Source: Spirochaetota bacterium (GTDB lineage: Bacteria; Spirochaetota; Spirochaetia; CADAEX01). From it: a DNA stretch of 64,000 nucleotides. The stretch spans positions 8,483 through 72,482 of the forward strand of contig WQTU01000139.1 in NCBI GenBank assembly GCA_009786125.1. The letters are read 5' to 3'. The position numbers and the translations under genes are program-made. Positions 48,635 through 57,498 of this stretch are shown piece by piece. The notes under the pieces are model-generated. The model had not been told where the DNA came from, made no database searches, and was given only the letters and a program-made list of their open reading frames with translations. The stretch's first letter is position 1. Every line of letters begins with the position of its first letter.

Positions 48635-49960
48635 TTAATGAACAAAAAAGAAAAATCTGTTATCTTCAAATGGATTTTCTGCCATATAAATTCTTACAAG
48701 GTAAATTTCTTCGTTTATTATAATATCGGTATCCATATTTTCGGAGGATATTGCTACGCCGCCATTTCGCAGCAGAACTCTCACGTATGTAGTAAAACTG
48801 TACAGACCATCCCGATCTCTTCTAAAAGGGCTTTCATATATTTCGGGAAAAATAAAACTAATCTCGTTACCAGCCGCCAACATTCTGTTTATATCGATTA
48901 AAAATGAGTACTCCCATTTTACAGGGTAAAAAATTCTTTGCATGATTCTTTCCTGCCCGATTCTTGCTGCATTGAGCTTTTCTAAAACAGGCGGAGCAAC
49001 TGCTCTTCTAATAAATCTATCTGTTCGCCTTGCTTCCAGGTGCATCTGTGACTCCCTAAGAAATACACGAAGATCTTTTACTGTATTCACTGTTTTTACA
49101 GATCTAAATCTTTCCCCGTCAAATATATACCAGGTAATGAAAGTCTCAACGCCAAGCCCGTCAACAAATACTTTATTATGGCGCAAGAGATCGATTACTC
49201 CAGTATTGTTGATATCCTCTTTTCTTGTTGAGTCTGACAACGTATTTCTTATGGAAGTTATTGAATATGCCTGTCTTCCTTTTATAACTATATCTTCGTG
49301 TGTGCCGGCGCTTGTTACAAAGGTTGCAGATATTCCGTAAATTTTATTGTTTCTGTCTATCTTCAGTTCTTTTAATGAAGAAAAAGCTCCGGTGCCTTCC
49401 AAAATAATATTTTGCTCATGTATAAATTTTTTTTCATTATTAGTTTCATGATATCTGAATACTGCCAGGATAAATTGCCGCTGATAAATATCACTTCTGT
49501 AGATATTTCGCAGATCGCTTACAACACTTCGCAATATGCCTGAAGTTTCATTCTCCAAAATACTTTCTGCAAACAAAGCAAAAAACTCTGTATGCCCATT
49601 ATTATTAATGTCGCGGGCAACGAAAACAGGCCGTCTGTTATCTATTACAGGCAGGAATCTTTTATTCCCAATCCGTATTTGCTGCCTCATAACGCTGTTA
49701 AAAAAAAGCTGCATTTCTTGCGGAGTAAAGTGGGTCTTGGGGGTTCCCTGCAGTATTTTTTTTTCGCCTTCTCTTCCGGTTTCTTTTTTTTGCTCCGAAG
49801 ATTCCAAAGAAGAGCCGGTTACGCATGAGATAGTTAAAATAATGAGCATAATGCTTATGCTTAATTTGCCGGATATGCTAAATAAGTCAAATATGCTTAA
49901 AAACCGGCGATTTTTTGTTTTATTTTGCAAAAAAACTGTTTTCCCTCTTAAAAAATTCAA
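48635..49960 (-). CDS. Hypothetical secreted protein/lipoprotein
   Basis: Signal peptide MLIILTISCVTGSS. The start is probably internal (~49852). Confidence 0.45.
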   Translation of the reverse strand: MNFLRGKTVFLQNKTKNRRFLSIFDLFSISGKLSISIMLIILTISCVTGSSLESSEQKKETGREGEKKILQGTPKTHFTPQEMQLFFNSVMRQQIRIGNKRFLPVIDNRRPVFVARDINNNGHTEFFALFAESILENETSGILRSVVSDLRNIYRSDIYQRQFILAVFRYHETNNEKKFIHEQNIILEGTGAFSSLKELKIDRNNKIYGISATFVTSAGTHEDIVIKGRQAYSITSIRNTLSDSTRKEDINNTGVIDLLRHNKVFVDGLGVETFITWYIFDGERFRSVKTVNTVKDLRVFLRESQMHLEARRTDRFIRRAVAPPVLEKLNAARIGQERIMQRIFYPVKWEYSFLIDINRMLAAGNEISFIFPEIYESPFRRDRDGLYSFTTYVRVLLRNGGVAISSENMDTDIIINEEIYLVRIYMAENPFEDNRFFFFVH

Positions 49961-50084
49961 TTATGGCAACTAATTATAATCAAATTTTAGACTTTTTTCC
50001 ACAATTTTTATATATTAATACAGCAAATTAATATAGCAAAAAATACTTATTTAAACAGAAAAAAAATGATAATTTGTATTTCTG

Positions 50085-50420
50085 AAAGAAGCGAGAGTCG
50101 CGCCGAAGCCGGACCCGAAGGGGACGTGCTTGCACGGGCATCCGCTGAATAAGTGAGGGTCGCGGGCGTGCTTGCACGCACATGACCGAACGATGAGGTG
50201 GACAAAGAGGCTTTGCCTCTTATGTACCGAGCGAATGAGGAAACAAATGGTCGCGTACGCGTACCCCGCAGCTTTGGCTGCGGAGCATGCGCCGTAGGCG
50301 CAGGGTGTGCAGGGCAAAGCCCTGCGGTATTCGTCGACGAAACGAGAGTTGCGGGCAAGCAAAGCTTGCACATAACCGAGTGAGGAGACGAACACGAGGT
50401 ATAATACCATTTATTTGATT
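50085..50420. repeat. Cluster of GC-rich interspersed repeat modules (R5-inverted, R1, R2, then GGTATAATACC) upstream of lysC
   Basis: catccgctgaataagtgag (inverse of CTCACTTATTCGGCGGATG). R1 at 50176-50239 (gcacatgaccgaacgatgaggtggacaaag..cttatgtaccgagcgaatgagg). R2 at 50344-50387. tataat at 50401-50406, ~45 nt before the lysC ATG. Confidence 0.85.
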
Positions 50421-50449
50421 CGTCAATTCTAAAAACATAGGAAAAGTAA

Positions 50450-51835
50450 ATGATTAAAGTACTGAAATTCGGCGGAAGTTCTGTGCAAGATGCTGAAAAA
50501 ATTAAACATGTCTGCTCGATAGTTATCGAAGAAAGCAAAAAATCAAGGGTTGCAGTTGTTTTTTCAGCGATGAAGGGAATCACAGACCTGCTTCTTAATT
50601 CTGCTAAAATTGCCGCAGAAGGAAAAACCAATTATATAGAAAATATTGGTACGCTGCTTTTAAGGCAGGAAAAAGCTGTAAACGAACTTATGAGCGGCAA
50701 TTTTGCACAGGAAGCAATGGCAAGCATAAAAGAGATGATCGAAGAACTTGAAAGTCTTCTTAAAGGAGTTGAGCTTGTAAGAGAGTGTTCTCCAAGAAGC
50801 CTTGATCTTATTGCAAGCTTTGGAGAAAGGCTTAATAACTTTCTTATTGCATCATATCTAAATTCGATTGGGCAAAAAGCTCATTATGTGGATTCACGGG
50901 AAATTATAAAAACAAATAAGCAGTATACGCGGGCTATTGTTTACTACGAAGAAACATATAAAAACATAAAGCAGCGGATTTTCAAGGAAGAAGGGATTCC
51001 TGTAATTACTGGTTTTATTGCGTCTGCAGAAGATGGTTCAACAACTACTTTGGGAAGAAACGGCTCGGACTTTTCTGCGTCAATAATTGCTGCAGGAGTA
51101 GGCGCAAACATAATTGAAATATGGACAGATGTTGATGGCGTATTAAGCGCAGATCCCAAAATTGTAAAAAGCGCTTTTGTGGTTCCGGAAATAAGTGTGG
51201 AAGAGGCGATGGAGCTTTCTTACTTTGGCGCTAAGGTAATTCACCCCAGCACAGTTATTCCTGCTTTCGAAAAAGGAATTCCCATGTGTATAAAAAATAC
51301 CCTTAATCCTTCTGCGCCGGGAACAATGATTGTTAAAAAGCCCAAGGCTCACAATATGCCTATAATTGGTATTGCAAGCATTAACGATGTTTCAATTATC
51401 AATGTTGTTGGCGGCGGAATGATTGGTCAGCCGGGATTTGCTTCCAAAGTTTTTGAAACTTTTACAAAAAATAATATAAATATGATAATGATTTCCCAGG
51501 CTTCTTCTGAGCATACGATATGTATTGTATGTCTTGCTGATGATGCGAAAAAAGCAATTGCGCTTATGAAAGAGGATTTGAGTTTTGAGCTTAAGTCCAA
51601 GGCAATTGAAAAATTTGAACTCAAAGAAAATCTTGTAATTGTATCGATAATCGGTGAAAATATGAGAGGCACTCCGGGAGTTGCGGGAAAATTGTTCAGC
51701 ACTTTGGGCGATAACAACATAAATGTTTATGCGATTGCGCAAGGGTCTTCCGAACGAAATATTTCGTTTGTAATTAAAAAAGAAGAGACAGAGAAATCTA
51801 TCAATGTTATTCACAAATCTTTTTTGGGTGTGTAG
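50450..51835 (+). CDS. lysC: Aspartate kinase
   Basis: MIKVLKFGGSSV... amino-acid kinase fold with C-terminal ACT domains. Confidence 0.9.
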   Translation: MIKVLKFGGSSVQDAEKIKHVCSIVIEESKKSRVAVVFSAMKGITDLLLNSAKIAAEGKTNYIENIGTLLLRQEKAVNELMSGNFAQEAMASIKEMIEELESLLKGVELVRECSPRSLDLIASFGERLNNFLIASYLNSIGQKAHYVDSREIIKTNKQYTRAIVYYEETYKNIKQRIFKEEGIPVITGFIASAEDGSTTTLGRNGSDFSASIIAAGVGANIIEIWTDVDGVLSADPKIVKSAFVVPEISVEEAMELSYFGAKVIHPSTVIPAFEKGIPMCIKNTLNPSAPGTMIVKKPKAHNMPIIGIASINDVSIINVVGGGMIGQPGFASKVFETFTKNNINMIMISQASSEHTICIVCLADDAKKAIALMKEDLSFELKSKAIEKFELKENLVIVSIIGENMRGTPGVAGKLFSTLGDNNINVYAIAQGSSERNISFVIKKEETEKSINVIHKSFLGV

Positions 51836-51862
51836 GTTTTTGGTGTAAAATGAGGGAGAAAT

Positions 51863-53179
51863 ATGAAATTTTATAGCACAAGAAATAAAAATCATTTGGT
51901 TAGTTTTAAAGAAGCGATATTCCAGGGGCTTTCGCCCGAAGGCGGATTATATAATCCTGAGGAAATGCCTGATCTTTCAAATTTGTTTAATTCAATGGAT
52001 GAAAAAACTTCTTTTGTTGATTCATCGGCAATGTTTGCTTATGAAATTTTAAAAGATGATCTTTCTGCAGAGAGAGTGCAAAATATCTGCAAAAAAGCTT
52101 TTCCGTTTAAGCCGGAAATTACCGATGCCGGAGATAACATTTTTATACTTGAGCTTTATCATGGTCCTTCTTGCGCTTTTAAAGATTTTGGCGCTTCTTT
52201 TCTTGCTGCATCCATGGAAGAGCTGTTAACAGGGGATGACAGAAAAGCCATAATACTTACAGCAACTTCGGGTGATACAGGCAGCGCAGTAGCTCAAGCT
52301 TTTTTTAACAAAAAAAATATTGATGTTGTAATATTATATCCTTCGGGAAGAGTAAGTAATCTTCAGGAGAAGCAGCTTACAACACTTGGCGGAAACGTTA
52401 CTGCGCTTGAGGTAAGGGGTTCTTTTGATGACTGCCAGAAAATGGTGAAGGAGGCTTTTCTTAGCAAGGGACTTGCGGCACTTCCGCTTACTTCTGCGAA
52501 TTCGATTAACCTTGGCAGGCTTATTCCGCAGGCTTTTTATTATGTCTATGCCATAAATCAGCTTAAGAAAAAGTTCGCAGACATAATTTTTACTGTGCCG
52601 AGCGGGAACTTTGGGAATCTTACTGCGGGTGTGCTTGCTGCAAAGTGGGGGCTTCCTGTGAAAAAGTTTATTGCGGCAACCAACGCAAACAAGGAAGTGC
52701 CTGAGTATCTTGAATCGGGAATATACTCACCGCGGCAGTCTGTGCAAACTTATTCGAACGCAATGGATGTGGGTAACCCAAGCAACTTTGAACGGCTTAA
52801 AGATATTTTTAATGATGATTACAAAAAGATGGGAGAAATGCTTGTTGGCGAATGGGTTAGCGATGATGAGACTCTTGATGCAGTAAAAAGTTATTATAAG
52901 GATAAAAGACGCTTTATTGATCCTCACACAGCTGTAGGGTATGTGGCTTCGCAAAGATATGCCAGGAAACTATCGGGCTCTTGTGCCAAAAATAGTGCGA
53001 TAATAGCTTTGTCAACAGCTCATCCTGGGAAATTCCTCGAAGTTGTTGAGCTTGCTACAGGGGTAAAGCAGATTTTGCCGCCGCAGCTTGAGAAGGTTCT
53101 TAGCCTTAAAAAAGAATCTGTATTGATTGATAATACAACCGAGGCGCTAAGTAATTATTTGCTGGAAAAATTTAGCTGA
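51863..53179 (+). CDS. thrC: Threonine synthase
   Basis: N-terminus MKFYSTRNKNHLVSFKEAIFQGLSPEGGLYNPEE is as in ThrC. A PLP-lysine region is present. Confidence 0.85.
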   Translation: MKFYSTRNKNHLVSFKEAIFQGLSPEGGLYNPEEMPDLSNLFNSMDEKTSFVDSSAMFAYEILKDDLSAERVQNICKKAFPFKPEITDAGDNIFILELYHGPSCAFKDFGASFLAASMEELLTGDDRKAIILTATSGDTGSAVAQAFFNKKNIDVVILYPSGRVSNLQEKQLTTLGGNVTALEVRGSFDDCQKMVKEAFLSKGLAALPLTSANSINLGRLIPQAFYYVYAINQLKKKFADIIFTVPSGNFGNLTAGVLAAKWGLPVKKFIAATNANKEVPEYLESGIYSPRQSVQTYSNAMDVGNPSNFERLKDIFNDDYKKMGEMLVGEWVSDDETLDAVKSYYKDKRRFIDPHTAVGYVASQRYARKLSGSCAKNSAIIALSTAHPGKFLEVVELATGVKQILPPQLEKVLSLKKESVLIDNTTEALSNYLLEKFS

Positions 53180-53204
53180 TATAAACACAGAAGAGGGCAC
53201 AGGC

Positions 53205-53232
53205 TAAAACCGACCATTGGTCTTTTTTTTCA
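53205..53232 (+). terminator. Weak candidate intrinsic terminator after thrC
   Basis: Short GACC/GGTC stem followed by T8. The stem is weak. Confidence 0.3.
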
Positions 53233-53289
53233 CTAATTTCCCAACCATTTAGGTCTCGCCTAGCCTCGAAGGTTTAAGAACAAATTTAA

Positions 53290-53520
53290 TTGAGTCCCAC
53301 AAATTTATTTCTGAATGGAGCGAAAGCCGCAAGCAAGCTGCCTGGCGCTTTATCGCGACATCCGTGTCGCAGCGCCAGACACAACGTCCATGTTGCAGAG
53401 CTTGCACATTCGCCGAAGAAGTGAGTGTCGCGGACGTGCTTGCAAGCACATGACCAAACGATAAGGTGGACAAAGGCACTATGCTCCTTATGTACTGAGC
53501 GAGTGAGGCGCCTAAAAAGA
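53290..53520. repeat. GC-rich interspersed repeat cluster (A-type inverted + R5-inverted + R1)
   Basis: 53320-53440 is the reverse complement of the 12105-12250 element. R1 copy at 53447-53508 (gcacatgaccaaacgataaggtggacaaaggcactatgctccttatgtactgagcgagtgagg). Confidence 0.85.
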
Positions 53521-54069
53521 GTTATCAATAAGTTCGCACACTATATGATATGCCAACAAGTGTGTTTCCTGTATCCTTGCTGTTACAGGCGCCGGAACAA
53601 CAAATGAGATATTGCATTTGCTTTTTATTGTTCCGCCATCTTTTCCAAGAAAACCAATTGTTTTACAGCCTATCTCAAGCGCTTTATCTGCGGCTTTAAA
53701 TATATTCGGGCTGTTTCCGGATGTAGAAAAGCAGACAAAAACATCTCCGGGTTTTGCAATAGCTTCGACCTGCCTGGAAAAGACATTTTCATAACCATAA
53801 TCATTCGCAATTGCAGTTAACGCAGAAGTATCTGTTGTTAAAGCTATGCCGGGAAGCCCTCTTCTCTCTTTTTTAAACCTGCCGGACATTTCTGCAGCAA
53901 AATGCTGGCAATCTGCTGCGCTGCCGCCATTCCCTGCGAATAATACTTTATTCCCATTATTGACTGCTTCTACGATTACAGAAGCAATTTCCTCCAACAC
54001 AGCAGATTCTCTTTTAAGATAATCAACTGCTTTAATATGCTCTTCAAGAATATTTTCAATTAAACTCAT
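53512..54069 (-). CDS. gmhA: Phosphoheptose isomerase (SIS domain)
   Basis: ..LFAGNGGSAADCQHFAAEMSGRF.. is GmhA. The start is taken at MSLIENI, since the track ORF extends upstream through a repeat. Confidence 0.8.
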   Translation of the reverse strand: MSLIENILEEHIKAVDYLKRESAVLEEIASVIVEAVNNGNKVLFAGNGGSAADCQHFAAEMSGRFKKERRGLPGIALTTDTSALTAIANDYGYENVFSRQVEAIAKPGDVFVCFSTSGNSPNIFKAADKALEIGCKTIGFLGKDGGTIKSKCNISFVVPAPVTARIQETHLLAYHIVCELIDNSF

Positions 54070-54097
54070 AGCTATTCTCCGTTTAGAACACTTATAA

Positions 54098-54289
54098 TTA
54101 TTCTTTCTTTTTTGCACAAAATGCCCAAATGAAAACAAAAACCCACAACGCTACTGTCCACCCGCCAAAAAGATTTACTAAAAATATCAAAAATGTTGCC
54201 ACAGAATTTCTGCCAGCCGCTATGATAGTTGGCAAAAAATAAATACACAAAGCAGCAATGCCAAGTAATATAATAAAAATTATTTCCAT
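54098..54289 (-). CDS. Small 2-TM membrane protein (63 aa)
   Basis: Two hydrophobic helices with a KKKE tail. ORF-level evidence only. Confidence 0.3.
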   Translation of the reverse strand: MEIIFIILLGIAALCIYFLPTIIAAGRNSVATFLIFLVNLFGGWTVALWVFVFIWAFCAKKKE

Positions 54290-54299
54290 TTCTATTCCC

Positions 54300-55508
54300 T
54301 TATTCCCCTGCTTTAAAATTATACACAGGCTTAATGTGCAGAAGAATTTCAGCAGTAGGCGTAATCTGTTTCACAATCGATTCCATGCTTTTGTATGCCA
54401 TTGGCGCTTCATCAAGCGTATCCTTTCCTATACAGGTTGTGAATATGCCCGCCATTTCTTCTCTGTATTTATCCATCGAAAGCGCGCTGAATGCAGCTGT
54501 GCGGCTCATAATTCTGCCGGCGCCATGCGGAGCAGACTGGTTCCAGTCATCGTTACCTTTGCCAATGCAAATCAGGCTGCCGTCGCGCATATTCATCGGA
54601 ATCAATAATTTTTCACCCTGCTTCGCCGACACTGCGCCTTTTCGCAAAATCATGGTATCTGTATCAATATAATTATGAATCGTTGTAAATTCACTGTTTT
54701 TTGTTAATCTCATTTGGGTTAAAATCACATCCACCATTGCCTTGCGGTTAAGAACAGCAAAGCGCTGAATAATCTTCATATCGTGAATATAATCATCGAA
54801 TAAATCTCCGGTAACGTATGTTAAATCCTTGGGAACAGGCAAAGAACGCGCGCTTTCGCGTTTCATCTGTTTTACAGCAGAATCTATTTCCTTTTTCCGG
54901 CCGTCCCTTTTAAGCTGTGCAACAAGCTCGTCAATCTGTGCGTCCAGGTTGCCGGAAAGCTGTTTTAAAGCTTTATCCTGATAATAGTCTGCAACCTCTG
55001 TTCCCAAATGGCGGCTGCCTGAATGCACCACAACAAAGAGTGTTCCGTTATCTGCGCGACCAACCTCGACAAAGTGATTTCCGCCACCTAACGTGCCGAT
55101 GCTGTGGCGGGCGCGGCTTAGGTTAACCTTTGCAGCGCATCGCAACCGGGTCAAGTCGATTTCCGAATTAAGAGCGTGAAGATCGCGGCGTATTCCGCGC
55201 CCGGATGGAATATTTCTGCGAATTGCGCTATCCAGTTTTTCAAAGCTGATTTCTTTTTCTGCAAGCTCAACTGTTTCCATGCCGCAGCCTATATCAACAC
55301 CCACCATGCCCGGAACAATTTTATCCGTGATCGTCATTGTTGTACCGATTGTGCAGCCTTTCCCTGCGTGTACATCCGGCATTATGCGTATTTTGCTGTC
55401 AGAAAATACAGCTTGATCGCAAACTATTCGAATTTGTTCCCATGCTTTGTCATCCAATTCATCACAAAAACAAAGAGCAGTATTATGTGTGCCTTTTACT
55501 TCAATCAT
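54300..55508 (-). CDS. rtcB: RNA-splicing ligase RtcB
   Basis: MPDVHAGKGCTIGTTMT..GVDIGCGM and the C-terminal HGAGR region are RtcB hallmarks. Confidence 0.9.
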   Translation of the reverse strand: MIEVKGTHNTALCFCDELDDKAWEQIRIVCDQAVFSDSKIRIMPDVHAGKGCTIGTTMTITDKIVPGMVGVDIGCGMETVELAEKEISFEKLDSAIRRNIPSGRGIRRDLHALNSEIDLTRLRCAAKVNLSRARHSIGTLGGGNHFVEVGRADNGTLFVVVHSGSRHLGTEVADYYQDKALKQLSGNLDAQIDELVAQLKRDGRKKEIDSAVKQMKRESARSLPVPKDLTYVTGDLFDDYIHDMKIIQRFAVLNRKAMVDVILTQMRLTKNSEFTTIHNYIDTDTMILRKGAVSAKQGEKLLIPMNMRDGSLICIGKGNDDWNQSAPHGAGRIMSRTAAFSALSMDKYREEMAGIFTTCIGKDTLDEAPMAYKSMESIVKQITPTAEILLHIKPVYNFKAGE

Positions 55509-55555
55509 ATTTATTTATACCAATTTTTCGAATAATTTCAAATCTTTTTTTATAT

Positions 55556-55590
55556 AAAAGGTATCATACCGCGGTATGATACCTTTTGTT
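55556..55590. promoter_or_regulatory. Perfect 24-bp palindrome GGTATCATACCGCGGTATGATACC flanked by A4/T4 (operator-like or bidirectional hairpin) in the rtcB/formyltransferase divergent intergenic region
   Basis: Direct reading aaaaggtatcataccgcggtatgataccttttg. Related GGTATAATACC/GGTATTATACC palindromes at 50399-50409 and 57486-57496. Confidence 0.6.
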
Positions 55591-55591
55591 T

Positions 55592-55720
55592 CCTCACGCG
55601 CTCGGTTCACAAGTGGCATAGCCCCTTTGCCCACCTCATCGTTCGGTCATGTGCAAATTACATTTGCCCGCAACTCTCACTTATTCGGCGGATGAGCGTG
55701 CTTGCACGTCGCGACACTCG
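55592..55720. repeat. GC-rich interspersed repeat (R1 inverted copy + R5 module)
   Basis: The reverse complement of 55592-55654 reads gcacatgaccgaacgatgaggtgggcaaaggggctatgccacttgtgaaccgagcgcgtgagg. ctctcacttattcggcggatg at 55673-55693. Confidence 0.85.
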
Positions 55721-55835
55721 CTTTGTTCGGAAATAAAACAAGAGATATACGAACAGCATAAATTATGCCTTGACCATGTTGTGTTTAATCAAGTAAAGTG
55801 CTTGAATATGTATTATGAATATTTTTATTTGAATT

Positions 55836-56630
55836 ATGTTAGGTGGACGAATGTTAAAAACAGTTATTTTTACGCAAGAAGACAAGTTTTTTATTCCCGC
55901 AAATATTCAAAAAATAATTGATAATTCCGAGGTTTTGTTGATAGTTAATAACAATTGTAAATTTGCTTTGCAAAATAAAGTTTCGGATTTTTTGAAGTGG
56001 TTCGGATTTTTCCAGGTCGCGAAAATGGGATTTGCCGAGATTTTCCGCACTTTTATTGGATGGCTGGATTTTGTCTGCAGATACAAGCTTTGCCGCGGGT
56101 TATGTTCTGTTAAAGCAGTTGCGAAAAAAAACAAAATAAAATATATAAAAATGCCCAATATCAATAATCCTGCATTTTTTGAACAAATCAAAGCGATTAA
56201 CCCGGATGTAATATTATCTTTCTCAATGCCGCAGGTTATAAAAGACCCTTTGCTTAGTTTTCCGAAATTTGGCATTTTAAATGTGCATGGCAGCCTTCTG
56301 CCGGATAACCGCGGCTGTTTGCCAAGTTTCTGGTATTTGTTTCAGGGCAAGGAAGAGGCTGGCGCGACTGTTCATTTTATGTCTGCGAAAATCGATGACG
56401 GTGATATTGTTGATCAGGAAAAAGTCTTCATCGGTGACTGCAAAACCATGTTTCAAGTAATAGCGCGCACCAAAAAGGTCGGCGGAGAATTGATGGTTAG
56501 GGTGCTTCATGCCCTTGAGCAGGGAACGCTCAACCGGCGGCCCAATCCGCAGGATCAAGGGTGCTACAATACATGGCCTACTGTTGAGCAGACCAGACAA
56601 TTCAGAAAAGACGGGAAAAAATTGATTTGA
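55836..56630 (+). CDS. Formyltransferase-domain protein (Fmt/ArnA-N-like; possibly sugar N-formyltransferase)
   Basis: ILNVHGSLLPDNRGCLPSFWYL..GATVHFMSAKIDDGDIV is the formyl_trans_N catalytic region. The start is probably at MLKTVIF (55851). Confidence 0.7.
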   Translation: MLGGRMLKTVIFTQEDKFFIPANIQKIIDNSEVLLIVNNNCKFALQNKVSDFLKWFGFFQVAKMGFAEIFRTFIGWLDFVCRYKLCRGLCSVKAVAKKNKIKYIKMPNINNPAFFEQIKAINPDVILSFSMPQVIKDPLLSFPKFGILNVHGSLLPDNRGCLPSFWYLFQGKEEAGATVHFMSAKIDDGDIVDQEKVFIGDCKTMFQVIARTKKVGGELMVRVLHALEQGTLNRRPNPQDQGCYNTWPTVEQTRQFRKDGKKLI

Positions 56631-56643
56631 GGATATTCGAATA

Positions 56644-57483
56644 ATGCATAAAGTTTTTTTAACAATGGATTTTGAGGACTGGACAGATGTGCCTTATTTT
56701 AAAGGTCATCTTGATTCAGACAAGCGTTTAGCTCGCCATGCGCTCCCCTTTATGCAAGAAATGGCGGACATGGGTATATTCTTCACTGTTTTTGCGTTAG
56801 GTCGTTATGCCAAAGACGATCCTGAAACTATACGCTCTCTTGCAAAGATGGGTCACGAGATCGCGTGTCACGGACTAGATCACACTTTGCTTTATAACCT
56901 TTCGCCGGAAGATTTTGTACAAGCCTCGCGCGAGGCTAAAATCCGCCTTGAAGAATTATCCGGAAAGCCGGTTATTGGTTACAGAGCACCCTGTTTCTCC
57001 ATGCAGAACGACAAGCTTTCAGCGTTATGGGAGTTGGGGTTTAAATATGATGCGTCAATGATCAGGTTTAAAGAGCACAGGTATTACAATGTTATGGATT
57101 TGTCCAGATTTAAAAAACGTGACGGGTTAATACATGAAATAGACGGGCATATTGAGTTTGAAACGCCCACAGTGAATATTTTCGGTAAGTATATTCCGTT
57201 TACGGGCGGCGGATATTTCAGACTCTTTCCTTTATTTATTTTAAAGTTTCTTGCAAAAAGATATTTGAAAAAAGAAGGTAACTACATGCTTTATATTCAC
57301 CCGTGGGAGCTTGCCAAAGATTCACCGGAAACTGCAAGCAAAATAAAGCTAATCAATCAGTTTGTGTTTAAGGTCGGAAGGAAAAGACTCGTCGGAAAGC
57401 TAAAAAAATTCATCTTGTGGCTGCAAAAACAGAACGTACAGTTTATACGCATGGGAGATTTCTGCAATATTTCATCGAAATAA
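56644..57483 (+). CDS. Polysaccharide deacetylase (NodB-like/ArnD-like) family protein
   Basis: TMDFEDW..MGHEIACHGLDH motifs are typical of the NodB-homology/DUF3473 family. Confidence 0.65.
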   Translation: MHKVFLTMDFEDWTDVPYFKGHLDSDKRLARHALPFMQEMADMGIFFTVFALGRYAKDDPETIRSLAKMGHEIACHGLDHTLLYNLSPEDFVQASREAKIRLEELSGKPVIGYRAPCFSMQNDKLSALWELGFKYDASMIRFKEHRYYNVMDLSRFKKRDGLIHEIDGHIEFETPTVNIFGKYIPFTGGGYFRLFPLFILKFLAKRYLKKEGNYMLYIHPWELAKDSPETASKIKLINQFVFKVGRKRLVGKLKKFILWLQKQNVQFIRMGDFCNISSK

Positions 57484-57498
57484 ATGGTATTATACCAT

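Noticed and set aside
50047-50631. Long ORFs (194 aa, 119 aa, 72 aa) running through the GC-rich repeat cluster upstream of lysC, and similar ORFs at 53249-53528
   Set aside because: They are composed of repeat sequence and are Ala/Arg/Ser-rich with no start or RBS context. Overlapping frames on both strands are typical of GC-rich non-coding repeats in an AT-rich genome.
12105-55720. The possibility that the recurring GC-rich repeats are a CRISPR array
   Set aside because: The copies are kilobases apart, of heterogeneous modular composition, in both orientations, and not separated by regular unique spacers. No cas genes are present.
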